DNA of 64,000 nt from Thermodesulfovibrio sp. GTDB taxonomy: Bacteria; Nitrospirota; Thermodesulfovibrionia; UBA6902. The translations under genes and the position numbers were made by a program. The stretch lies in assembly GCA_026982355.1 (NCBI GenBank), contig JALSHG010000046.1, positions 5,314-69,313 on the forward strand, in the 5' to 3' direction. The notes under the pieces are model-generated. The model was not told the origin of the DNA, ran no database searches, and saw only the letters and a program-made list of their open reading frames with translations. This document shows positions 23,301-31,900 of this stretch, piece by piece; positions within the stretch are counted from its first letter, which is position 1, and every line of letters starts with the position of its first letter.

Positions 23301-24665
23301 CAGGTCGAGCTTTCCGTTTATGAGGATAAAGATGTCACTGCCGAATATTGAATCCAGTGCTGAAAGCATCTGCGGGTCATAATCAGTGGGGAAGGAGACC
23401 TTCACGTCCTCCAGGAAGGTGATGATACGATTTAAATTCTCCTCAATCTTATTCCATGTCTCCTCAGGCACATAGGGCTTTACGAGTTGCTCCATTTTTC
23501 CGAGTGTCCTCTGTGTCTTGAGAATCAAGAGGTCAAATTCTTCTGAGAGTTCGTTGCCCTGAACATCCGGTGTGGGATCGACCGCAGGGACTACGTTGAA
23601 GGGAAGGGAATTGGACACATCTGTGTCGCTGTACACATAGACCTGAATCTCTTCATCCGTATTCAGAAACACAAATGGAACAACGACCTTCATGATGGTC
23701 TCAGTGGCTTCAAGCACAAATCCTGCGGCCCCCTGTTCAGTTCCCTTGAAATAAACCCCCATCACATTCTTATCAGGGGTGAAGCCCCTGCCTGTGAGGT
23801 TCAGTATCGAGCCTGACTGTCCGGTATCCGGAGAGACTCTCTCAAGGACGAGACCCGGCGCGGTTTGTTTAACATCAACATGGGCAGGATTACTCTCCAC
23901 CCCATTATATTCGGCATATACACCAAGGTGATTCTCCCCGCCGTTGAGCCGGACAGACACCTGAAAATAACCCGTATCAGGATGCGCCTGCCCGTATGTC
24001 TCCTCCGCTCCACCCCTTACGATAACATTTACACCGGGTACAGTACGTCCGCGAAGAATAACCGTCTGCCCGGAACTTACCCGGGGAGGAGGGATAACCT
24101 CCGGGATACCGAGCACTGTGACTGCGACACTGTCAGGGGTACTCTCCGATCCTTTCTCATCCTTTACAACAAGAGTAAAGGTATAAAACCCCTGAGATAG
24201 AGAGAGTACGGGGGTCACCAGATCCTCAGGGTCAGGGTCTCCTGTCCATATGTACCGCGTTATGGTGCCGTCAGGATCACTGGAAGCACTTCCATCAAGC
24301 TGAACATCTGTTGCAGTCTCTCCCTCAGGGAGAACTAAAATCCTGTCCTCCCCTGCATTTGCAACAGGCGGCTGGTTTTCATGAGAGACAATCTCACATC
24401 CGGGGAGTGTACACAGAAGGACAAGTTTCCTTGCATCAAGCCCTGTGATTACACCGTCACCGTCGATATCACATTCAGGGCAATTTTCTGAAGACTGGTT
24501 CCGATACTGCAGAAGGATACGTACGTCATCTCTGTCTATATCATCATCGTTATCAAGGTCCCCGGTAACCGCAGATAATGGAATGGCTGTAAAGATGAGT
24601 GTGAGAAAAACAAACAGACCTTTAATACAATACCTTTGAATTCCGGTAAGATTCCATTTTTTCAT
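17367..24665 (-). CDS. giant secreted multidomain surface protein (2432 aa): dockerin-like, PKD, IPT/TIG, FG-GAP/integrin-alpha repeats, ASH (HYDIN-like) Ig domains, C-terminal ~50-aa tandem repeat beta-propeller-like region
   Basis: Signal peptide; DLDNDDDIDRDDV / CDIDGDGVITGLDARKL dockerin-type Ca loops; DGSASSDPDGTITRYIW (PKD); several GDINGDG(I/L/Y)(N/D/E)DLL(I/V)G(S/A)P FG-GAP repeats; DFGDV...NTGEADL / IANTGLADL ASH domains; 8-9 C-terminal repeats of the TxDGGYIxxG...DxWVLKxDxxGxxxWxK pattern. GC is visibly lower than in flanking housekeeping genes. Confidence 0.8.
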   Translation of the reverse strand: MKKWNLTGIQRYCIKGLFVFLTLIFTAIPLSAVTGDLDNDDDIDRDDVRILLQYRNQSSENCPECDIDGDGVITGLDARKLVLLCTLPGCEIVSHENQPPVANAGEDRILVLPEGETATDVQLDGSASSDPDGTITRYIWTGDPDPEDLVTPVLSLSQGFYTFTLVVKDEKGSESTPDSVAVTVLGIPEVIPPPRVSSGQTVILRGRTVPGVNVIVRGGAEETYGQAHPDTGYFQVSVRLNGGENHLGVYAEYNGVESNPAHVDVKQTAPGLVLERVSPDTGQSGSILNLTGRGFTPDKNVMGVYFKGTEQGAAGFVLEATETIMKVVVPFVFLNTDEEIQVYVYSDTDVSNSLPFNVVPAVDPTPDVQGNELSEEFDLLILKTQRTLGKMEQLVKPYVPEETWNKIEENLNRIITFLEDVKVSFPTDYDPQMLSALDSIFGSDIFILINGKLDLINEILSHSTTGEAICNVGEVLGILNDIIGILRWVDRALIAGEAICFFVCQPALPVLETARQIVEGVLDILYIIRDILNLVPTQADAASWYIDAVGPYEGVDPRILFTGTSDTLGLYTDFSNGGFNRFIGRISTIGRVVLDLLDIDVGRITIEDVNVPSTAQSLNTSLVSNITTGDNPDIGADIHTLRVYDLPEGTDRMDVSIDVQGSCGPYHYPDRLCMTPECLADPPEYPEHFETTVIEAPIIDGMYWHDIYGGWYVWGLGFSTMCGDVFKVYWNGDEVDCTCIAELDTDSFVTQCTSIFDDPGRMELKLVDRDDPYNQDYWRKGPSVSTGLPPWKDLVIHKIIPSSGYIGDRVSIIGDHFSPHPEDMVVRFGVNDWYPGESPTHPVEIVLGVEIGQGAPYDRLTFIVPEELRRLQGENLKVSLMLDVDYGRDGQFAGEFALKGVESAAWADQDLIAFGKPNGYIRSAVVSDITGDGVNDLIVGVSQDQSGPGQYMGAVYIAFGPVEGVSLPTGQQYMDLDINATDIYWDVVISGDYTACYSPDSNFCQRIGNSLATGDINGDGINDLLIGSTDLNEEGSHLLNPDTFQDTHQDVGSKGHTGGAAYIYYGRPREQWNRWYDIPYGEYDIRIRGDNFRELGYQVAVASLNGDNYGDIIVSAPRQPFNPGQPDIDWSGKVYVIFGNNELPQNIIVDNIPSSIDGVVITGESEWQRIFTTEYKGDGLGEGIAVGDINGDGLDDLVVGAPRYYRSYDSFLRKGAAFIFYGRNDFGGSDRVLNAYTYNGEQYVVVFGPEFGESYHDATPGWEVGKAMLITDLDGDGKGELILGSPGEFLDYEYTVGGGWSGSPVTEKIQESRIGMVYIFSGSQFPAGIIRPVSDTGVREAHSAMAKIYGSTVLSRFGAALAAGDINGDGYEDLLVGAPGRISSEVPGSVWGFYGSDTLPSGTIHLTDRSGVPEDFMFKGDQAHPGWKQGFGTFITIGDLNPFAGNDVLIIDPLARAPEPFEQGTWRDYSGMLYVFYEGDKGQWPLTVYPETVTMDRCNDRQVFKIFGGSPPYSVYPVNIIPAEADLDYQYRDTFMIKINDCVPSDIQSVGVFINDQNLNPLTIAVNFTLPDISAIPASIDFGDVTGDYTRTQDVAITNTGEADLRIFSIYLTGSTSLSQTNDCPGILPPQGSCTATITLTPTIAGIHGGTLHIKSNDPDEGIFDVNIAANVIARPDIQVTPDSIEFSAVPLGTTQSRDITIANTGLADLHIREISVGTSIHYSRTNNCPSVLPPGGNCTVTATYDPVSQVYVTHWADLTILSDDPDESEVHVSLSGYGIPPFMSVEPASIDLGVTEVEAMLTIQNTSDTDMLNWSITDDLPSWLSVSLMSGETAPGVFERLVASVDRTGLEPGVYQHTISVTSNGGSAKVNVTIMVVPPLLLSPSVALIDQCGDQQGFSASGGVPPYTFELIGTGNEAVPDSINLIDNGNGTAIVNIQPCNISYETDAMVADSTLVESGSIMNYPMGIDLHQKVPSDIKVIDTGQTVYSQCGGTAVTLRVTDSIGLEATATVSIEGDNTWSKAFGPMNANYVEQTSDGGFIIAGTTTQYDNDNVRDIRAIKLSANGKVEWDKQLWYPAHQGALEIHQISDGGYILLGGSIKVNEAGPLVIKLDENGNIIWNKVVNGAMIYGLMDYDIGHTSFTSIRQTMDGGYVLIGRLEIYIRDQERWQDGIMLLKLGSNGQTQWWKFHHQGDLSDSGISDFKQTADSGFIAVGWITENKYSGLPSTPVLIGFDNDGEIQWIKGYNSTVYENIYFSSIETTNDNGYVIAGTVTVQPSGELPPGVVPVGEGELPPGEGEEWPYLRETHLIIIKTDSNGTILWQKEYLNVDDVDGNPYIQTTGDGGYIIGANLFPPSSNNQDAWVLKIDSAGDIQWQKAYGTAHYDVINVIKKITDGGYIASGSTRSFGSGSTWNDMWILKIDSSGSCACFQ

Positions 24666-24729
24666 TTTTACTCCTCACAGCACTGTCTCCTGATGAATTT
24701 CTAAATACTCACAAGTAATTTGCAGTCTT

Positions 24730-25323
24730 TTACTGCTTCTTTCTTTTTCTTAAAAACCCTATTACTGCCAGACCACTTCCCACAAGCAGTAAAGTGCCGG
24801 GCTCAGGAACCACATTGACATTTCCACTCTGCACAGTAGCATAAAGAGGACTTGCCCAGGCATCAGATAGGGAATTGATATAGACATCTAAAGAACTTGA
24901 CCCTAAGGCAAGGGTATCAAAACTAAGGGTTGCAAGGGTAAAACTCCCCGCCTGCCATGTATCCAGATCATAAGGGGAATCAAAAGAAAGCTCAAAGAGA
25001 TTAACATTGCCATATTCGGGAATGGTATTAGTGTAACTTACAAATCCCGATAGGTCCAGCTGGTCTCCAAGTACGGGATCGCCGTAGACTGCACTGTTGA
25101 AAGAAAGCACAGTCGGATCAAAAAGGATATCAAGATCAAACATGCCAAGAGAAGGTGGTGTATAATCTCCCAGCCCCGATATAACAATATCCACAAAGGC
25201 TTGCTCACCTGAGAGCACATCCTGATCTACAGGGTCAAAGCTGATGGTTACAGCATAAGATGAATTGAGGCTGAAAAGCAGCAGCATCGCCGTTGCCGTG
25301 AATAAAAACAATACCTTTTTCAT
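24730..25323 (-). CDS. PEP-CTERM sorting-domain protein (exosortase substrate)
   Basis: MKKVLFLFTATAMLLLF signal peptide; C-terminal VPEPGTLLLVGSGLAVIGFLRKRKKQ = PEP motif + TM helix + basic tail; 64 bp upstream of the giant protein on the same strand. Confidence 0.85.
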   Translation of the reverse strand: MKKVLFLFTATAMLLLFSLNSSYAVTISFDPVDQDVLSGEQAFVDIVISGLGDYTPPSLGMFDLDILFDPTVLSFNSAVYGDPVLGDQLDLSGFVSYTNTIPEYGNVNLFELSFDSPYDLDTWQAGSFTLATLSFDTLALGSSSLDVYINSLSDAWASPLYATVQSGNVNVVPEPGTLLLVGSGLAVIGFLRKRKKQ

Positions 25324-25439
25324 GACCGGATACCCCCCTTTCCTGCTGAAACCGACGGGTATTTCAATCACTCAATGTGGTGTTGGTTATTTTTTACCAT
25401 ACGGGATGTCACAAACAGGTCACAGAAAGCCCCGATATA

Positions 25440-25490
25440 ACCTTGATGCCACATAAACCGGCAGGGTGGTCTGCCGTAAAAACCCCGGCC
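25440..25490 (+). repeat. MITE-like element, degenerate left-arm copy (d)
   Basis: gatgCcACATAAACCGGCAGGgtGgTCtGCCGTAAAAaCC resembles the left arm plus the start of the long-form insert. Confidence 0.5.
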
Positions 25491-25560
25491 GGAGTTCAGG
25501 GGCCCGCCGGGTATGAGGCAGGGGGATTATTGCGGAAGGGCCGGGGAGGGGGTGAACCGG

Positions 25561-28500
25561 TTATTTCATGCTTTCCCTGTAGACCGCCTCGGTCTCGGGT
25601 GAGGGCTTTACGCGAAGGACGCCGGAGAGTGCATTCAGGCAACTGTAATAGGTCTTTTTCACTTCACCGCGGTAGCCCAGGCGGGCGTAACACTTCATGA
25701 GTTGCTGGTACAGCTCCTCTGCAAGCGGATCCACTTCCAGCCCCCTCCTGCAACATTCTATCGCCCTTTTAAATTGACCGTTCTGCCGGAGGTATTCCCC
25801 CGTACCTGCAATATGCCGCAGAAATCTGTTCCTGAGACGTTCCCGCATGGAGAATGTCCAGTGAAACTCCGCATCTTCCCCGAGAAAATCGCCCTTATAC
25901 ATGCACAGGGCCTTCTCGAATAATTCAAACACCTTTCCGGGGCTCTTCGTGCTCCTGACCCTTGTCTCGATCTCCGAGAGGATTCTTTCAAATGCCCATG
26001 CATCCACCCAGCAGTATAGATGGTCCAGGGTCACCTTGCCTTTACCGACACGGATCGCCGCCTCGTTGCCGAGTATCCCGCGCAGCCGCTGGAGCGTGGT
26101 TGTAAAGGCGCTGACAGCGGCATCACCGTATGTATCGGGCCAGAGTGCGTCGATGAGCCTGCCCGTGCCGACCCCTCTGCCGCCGAATGCGATCAAGGCC
26201 TTCAGCAGGGCTACCGGTTTCTGCCGGGCCTTCTTCAGGAAACGCACCGGTCTTCCGTTTACGAGCAGGCCGAACCGGCCGAGGGTGTATATTTTTACAG
26301 GCCAGGGCCAGTCCTCGACATGAAGGGGGGGTGTGTCGGGGATGAGGTTGTGCCTTTTTACAAGATCAATGACATACTCTCTTTCTATTCCGGCCTCCAG
26401 CGCGCCGACACACAGCCGGGCCATCACACGGGGCCGCCAGAAGATGAAATAAACAAGCCCGTGTCTTCTGCCCAGGGCCATCGCCTGCCTGAGAAAACCG
26501 AGGGCGTTGCGTTTTTTCCCTGTGGCAAGCGCAAAATATGCCCCGGACACGAGGCACATATACTCTATCATGAGGCTCTTCATGCCGCGCCCGATCCCGC
26601 ATGCCGTGGAGAGGGCTTCAGCCGCCTCGTGATGTTCGCCGCGCTCAAACAGCACCTGTGCCATTGCATAGCGGATCATGGCCTCCATGAAAGGGAATCC
26701 TGCCGTGACTACAAGGTCAAGGGCTATGCTTATATGTTCAAAGGCATTCAGCAGGTCATGGCGGAGCATGGCCTCCCATGCCAGCAAATACCGGTAGTAT
26801 GCTGTGTTCATGATCTGCGAATCTCCCGCTTTCCCCTCCGCCTCTTCAAACAGCCTCCTTGCCCCCTCCAGGTCGCCGGTACCGAGGCAGCCGGATGCTC
26901 CGTGCATCAGAAGCTGCAGCAACATCGTATCCACACCGCTGCTCCGCACAACGCCGAGTCCCTCGGAAACCGTCTCAAGGCACAGGCTGTGCATGCCCTT
27001 AAGCGAGTAGCACATCGCCTCGAACGCCTTCAATGTTGTAAAGGCCAGGGGTGAGACGCGCCCGTCCCGCGCCAGGCTCCTGAGCGGGGCGATTACCTCT
27101 TCCGCCTTTGAGAACCGGCCCGTCCACTGGTAATACAGCGACACATCAACCTCCGACAATATCCTGAGACCGGGGTCCCTGACCTCACGGCAGGCGGCAA
27201 GAACGCGCTGCGCCCACTCTTCAATTTCAGGATGAGAGGGCTGTCTCATCAGCAGGGATATAAACATGCTGGATATCGCTCGGCTTTTTGTCTCCGTGGA
27301 GGGGAAACGGTGGCCGGAGCGGAAAAGCCCTTCAAGCACGGCTATCCACTTATCAAGCAATTTGAAATCCGCCTGTTCATATAAAACCGCATCAACCGCC
27401 CCGCAGCAGGACATAAACATTCCGCTGACGTCCTCCTGTGCCGCAAATCGCCTGTAGGCCCGATCAAACAGGACGCGGCTCACCGGTGAATCAAAAGGCA
27501 ACTCGCATACGCCAAGCCAGAAAAGGAGCCATGGAGCATTGTCGAGAAACTCTTCCGGAAGGCTCCTGATCCACTGCCCGAGCATCTGGTTTCTGCCCTG
27601 TGCAACAAGCCCCTCCGCATGCTTCATGATGAGATTTGCAAGCCCCCGCCGGTCCCTTGAAACGATGTAGAGGTGGGCCGCTTCCTCCGTCTCTCCGGCA
27701 TCCTCCAGTAGCAGGGCGGCCTTCCGCCTCAATCTGCGGAGTTCTTTGCGGGGATATGCCCTGTACGCACAGGAAAGGAGGAACTCCCTGAAAAGCGGAT
27801 GATATTGATACTTGTCCTCGGCCCCGGGCCGTTTGGCAATGAAATAGTTTCTCTGATACAGGGCCGCGAGTATCCCGGCGGAACGGTCCAGTCCCGTGAG
27901 TTTCATGGTCATATCAGGGTTCATCACGGGAAGCACGGATGTCTTCAGCAGGAACTCCCTGCTCTCCGCATCGGCATCGTCAAATGTTTCATTGGCGAAA
28001 TAGTCGAATATCTCATCATGGGAGGCGCTTTCAGGGTACTGATATTCCCCGCCGCCTGTGTCTCCCCTCTCAAGCATGAGCACAAGCCCGGCCACCCATC
28101 CGGATGACCGGCGGTGGAGAGTTTCAGCCGTTTCCCTTGGGACATCCCTCCTGATACGGATGATGCCCTCTGCCTCGTCAAGGGTGAGCTGCAGGTCTTC
28201 CCATGCAAGGAGGGAAACCATTCCATTGACCCTGAGGCGCACAAGCTCTTTCGGCATGCTGTCACGGCTGATAATTACAACATTGACCCCTTCGGGAATA
28301 CATGAGAGACCCTCTCTCATAACCACGTGCAGTAACGACCGGCGATCCGCCTCGTGATAGTTGTCAAGCACTATCACAAACGGCTGCCCAAGCCTGCTGA
28401 AAAGCTCCCCGAAGTACCGCCTTGTGAAAGCGGGGATGGATTTCCGGTATTCCGGCGTCAGAACGGGCAGGGGCTGCCGCCTCCGGGGACGGGCTTTCTT

Positions 28501-28758
28501 TGCCGCCAGCCCCATGTAATAAAAGAATGTGGCTGTATCGGAATCATGCTCATCAACCTGATACCACAGGCATGGAAGTCTCCTGGAATCTATATAACTG
28601 TTGAGGAGAGTGGTCTTCCCCGAACCCGGAGGACCCGTTATCCAGATGACAGGCCTGTTGCGTTTGCCGTCAAGCAGGCGGAACAACCTCTCGCGATTCA
28701 GCACTTCCGCATAAACGGGGCGTGTTATCTTTGCCGGATATACTGATTTGCCCTTCAT
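25561..28758 (-). CDS. large STAND-type ATPase transcriptional regulator: N-terminal P-loop NTPase (MalT/NB-ARC-like) + TPR-like helical region + C-terminal SARP (winged-helix + BTAD) domain
   Basis: Start assigned to MKGKSVYPAKI (ATG 28758), since the upstream in-frame extension is low-complexity. Walker A VIWITGPPGSGKTTLL, Walker B FVIVLDNYHE. C-terminal KIYTLGRFGLLVNGRPVRFLKKARQKPVALLKALIAFGGRGVGTGRLIDALWPD (OmpR/SARP wHTH) followed by a BTAD helical domain (LYCWVDAWAFE...). Confidence 0.75.
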   Translation of the reverse strand: MKGKSVYPAKITRPVYAEVLNRERLFRLLDGKRNRPVIWITGPPGSGKTTLLNSYIDSRRLPCLWYQVDEHDSDTATFFYYMGLAAKKARPRRRQPLPVLTPEYRKSIPAFTRRYFGELFSRLGQPFVIVLDNYHEADRRSLLHVVMREGLSCIPEGVNVVIISRDSMPKELVRLRVNGMVSLLAWEDLQLTLDEAEGIIRIRRDVPRETAETLHRRSSGWVAGLVLMLERGDTGGGEYQYPESASHDEIFDYFANETFDDADAESREFLLKTSVLPVMNPDMTMKLTGLDRSAGILAALYQRNYFIAKRPGAEDKYQYHPLFREFLLSCAYRAYPRKELRRLRRKAALLLEDAGETEEAAHLYIVSRDRRGLANLIMKHAEGLVAQGRNQMLGQWIRSLPEEFLDNAPWLLFWLGVCELPFDSPVSRVLFDRAYRRFAAQEDVSGMFMSCCGAVDAVLYEQADFKLLDKWIAVLEGLFRSGHRFPSTETKSRAISSMFISLLMRQPSHPEIEEWAQRVLAACREVRDPGLRILSEVDVSLYYQWTGRFSKAEEVIAPLRSLARDGRVSPLAFTTLKAFEAMCYSLKGMHSLCLETVSEGLGVVRSSGVDTMLLQLLMHGASGCLGTGDLEGARRLFEEAEGKAGDSQIMNTAYYRYLLAWEAMLRHDLLNAFEHISIALDLVVTAGFPFMEAMIRYAMAQVLFERGEHHEAAEALSTACGIGRGMKSLMIEYMCLVSGAYFALATGKKRNALGFLRQAMALGRRHGLVYFIFWRPRVMARLCVGALEAGIEREYVIDLVKRHNLIPDTPPLHVEDWPWPVKIYTLGRFGLLVNGRPVRFLKKARQKPVALLKALIAFGGRGVGTGRLIDALWPDTYGDAAVSAFTTTLQRLRGILGNEAAIRVGKGKVTLDHLYCWVDAWAFERILSEIETRVRSTKSPGKVFELFEKALCMYKGDFLGEDAEFHWTFSMRERLRNRFLRHIAGTGEYLRQNGQFKRAIECCRRGLEVDPLAEELYQQLMKCYARLGYRGEVKKTYYSCLNALSGVLRVKPSPETEAVYRESMK

Positions 28759-28796
28759 GATCTTGCGCTCCCGCCCGCCTGTCTTATGGGCGACAT

Positions 28797-28898
28797 TAAG
28801 TGTAACCTTACAGCGGCATAAAACCACCGCCCGCGGGCAGGAGAGTCCGGAGGTTTTACGCCGGACTCCCCTGCCGGCTTGTGCGACATCAGGGTTAA
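28797..28898 (-). repeat. MITE/REP-like element, short form, inverted orientation (copy e)
   Basis: taaccTTACAGcgGCATAAAAcCACCgcccgcgGGCAGGAGAGTCCGGaggttttacgCCGGACTCcCCTGCCGGCTTgTGCgACatcagggTTAAG; in the divergent promoter region between the regulator and the kinase/pyrophosphorylase gene. Confidence 0.8.
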
Positions 28899-28942
28899 GT
28901 TTTATGTAACACTGACAATATGTTAAAATACTGAATCCGCCT

Positions 28943-31900
28943 ATGTCCAACGTGCTTGTCGAAACAATAGTGAGCGAAGATGAAGCCGTCCGCCATCGCT
29001 CCATTGACTCCCTCCTGCACGACAAAGACAGGGGACAGATACTGAAACTCGCCGGTGAGCTGGAAGCCTTCCGCACATCCTCCGACAATCTCTACCACAA
29101 AGTCAGGGCATCCCTGTTCCTGTTTGCAATCTACAGGTTTCACCTCATGAGAGACCGGAAGACACCCGGGCAGGGGAAAATCCCGTCTGACGGGGTGAAG
29201 GCCGCATTTGCGAGGGATTTCGAAAAATCCATTGCCGTATACTTGAGAGAGATTAATGACAAAGGTGTCCGGAACCGCACCGTGTTCAGCGCGGTCGCGG
29301 ATGCGTACTATAAGCTTTCCTTCAAGTATCTGATCGATCAGGTGAAGCTGTCGATAAGCCGGCGCAGGGAGAATCATCACCTCTACAACATCGACAGCCC
29401 GGATGAATATCCGTTCTCCGTGCCTGCCGTGATGACGGCTCCCGACCCCGTAACCGGCCTGTATCCCGTGGGTATGGATGCATCACCCGTGAGGCTCGAC
29501 CCCTCACACAGCGGGTGGTCGGATATATTTTTTCTCGGTATGGATTTCCCGGAAGGCGCCAGGGTTGTCAATTTGTCGGTTGACCTGAGAATCCACGGCG
29601 GCAATGAGCCGCTGAGGCCGCCGTGTGAATGCTGGTGCCGTTTTATACGGGAGCCGGTCATACATCTGGTCTCCACGGACCTGAGGGCATCCAAGAAGAT
29701 ACACACGCTGCGGGAGCTGTTCAATTTCGGCAATGACCATCTCTCCCTGCTCAAGGCCGGTGTCGTGGCCTCAGGGATCATTCCCCCATGCTTTGAGAAC
29801 AGGGATATCCGGCTGCAGGACATTCTGAAAAGGCTGACCGGCGAAACAGGAGGGATTCAGATAGTCACGAGGGTGAACGGCATACCCAAGGGCTCCAGGC
29901 TTGCGGTAAGCACAACCCTCCTGGCGGCCATCATAACACAGTTGATGAGATTCAGCGGCCAGATAAGAAACCTGACCGGTCCCCTGCAGGAAGAGGACAG
30001 GCGTATTGTGGCCTCAAGGGCGATCCTCGGGGAATGGCTCGGGGGCTCCGGCGGGGGATGGCAGGATTCGGGCGGGCTCTGGCCGGGCATAAAGCTGATT
30101 ACGGGCGTTGCCGCTGCCGAAGGTGATCCCGAGTTCGGCGTAAGCCGGGGCTGCCTGCTGCCCCGGCATCATGTTTTCACCGAAGAAGATATTCCGCCCG
30201 GGGTGGAAAAAAAGATAGTCGACTCCATGGTGCTCGTGCACGGCGGAATATCACAGGATGTGGGGCCGATACTCGAAATGGTCACGGAAAAGTATCTCCT
30301 GAAATATGAAAGGCAGTGGCAGGCCAGGTTGAAGGGAATCAGCCTGTTCGATGAAATAGTCGATGCACTGAAGGCCGGCGACATGAGGGAACTCGGCAGG
30401 CTAACGACAGAGGACTGGGAAGAGGCCATACAGCCCGTCGTTCCATGGGTGAACAATGCATTCACCGAAGACCTGATAAACAGGCTCGGGCATGAATTCA
30501 GGGGTGATTACCTCGGTTTCCTGATGCTCGGCGGAATGTCCGGGGGAGGCATGGCGTTTATAGTCAACCCCGGGGTACGGGATGTATTCAAAAAAAGGGC
30601 CGGTGAGATAATGAACGATCTGAAAGCGGTATACAGCTCTTCATATCCCTTTATTATTGATCCGGTTGTGTATGACTTTGCGATTAATCACGAGGGCATC
30701 ACGGCCGGGCTCTTCACCGGGGGCCTCGCAAAGATGCCAGTTATGCCCCCGGCGCCTGCGGGGGTGATCAATTTAAACACAAGAGAAGGCCCGGGCGAGG
30801 AAGAAATCAGGGAAAAGTACGGCTTCGACCCAGCTTCGCACGAGCACATGAAGGCCATGCTTAAAAGGGGAGAGATCGGGCTTGCAAAAAACCGGCTGCC
30901 GCGGACCGCGGTGATAGAGGATGTCCGGTATGGAGACATACTGCATTTTGAAGATGATGAGGACGCCCTCTCATCCGGCGCACCTTCCGCTTTCCGGCGG
31001 TTTCATGAAGCCGGAATGGAGGCCTTAAGGAAACGCGAGGCCGCGGTGGTCACATTCGCAGGGGGCATGGGAAGCCGGTGGTCCCGCGGGGCGGCGGTTG
31101 TCAAACCCGTTAACCCCTTCGTGAAAATGGACGGAAGATACAGGACGTTTATTGAGATACACCTTGCCAAGAGCAAGCGGACCGGGATGCTGTCGGGCCA
31201 TGAGATACAGCATGTGTTCACCACAAGTTACCTGACCCACCACGCCATTGCCCGGTACCTCCGGAGCTTTTCATATTTCGGATGTGCCGGCCGCATCCAC
31301 CTGTCCCCCTCAAAGACCATCGGCCGCAGGGTCTATCCCATGGAGAGGGACCTGAGATTTCACTGGGAGGGTCAGCTCCGCCAGAAGCTGGATGACAACG
31401 CACAGAAGGTGCTGGATGATACTCATGCCGCGCTGATTGAGTGGGCGAAACAAAGGGGGGAGGGCGAAGACTACAGCGAAAACAGCCCCATACTCAGGTT
31501 TAATCCCCCGGGACACTGGTATGAAATCCCCAACATGTTGAAAAACGGAGTCCTCGCGCGCATGATAAGGGACAATCCCGGTCTGAAATATCTTCTATGC
31601 CACAACATCGATACACTGGGGGCGTATATTGAACCTGTGCTGCTGGGCATGCACATTGCCGGGGAGCAGTGTATTACATTCGAAGTAACCCCGAGACGCA
31701 TTGAAGACACGGGCGGAGGTCTCGCCCGGGTGGACGGGCACATCCGGCTCGTGGAGGGGACGGCGCTGCCCCGGGAGGAAGACGAATTTGAATTAAGTTA
31801 TTATAATACACTTACAAACTGGATAACCGTCGACTCCCTGCTGGAGTTCTTCGGTATTGACAGGGATACCCTTCTTGACGGCAACAGGCGGGATGAGATA

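Noticed and set aside
26020-27054. 344-aa plus-strand ORF within the STAND regulator gene
   Set aside because: Antisense shadow ORF of a gene with Walker A/B and SARP motifs in the other frame.
25561-29088. Full 1175-aa ORF for the regulator, including 110 extra N-terminal residues
   Set aside because: The upstream extension is low-complexity (SSSPASFSICPLSLSC...), overlaps MITE copy e and the divergent promoter, and places the Walker A far from the N-terminus. The ATG at 28758 (MKGKSVYPAKI) fits STAND NTPase architecture.
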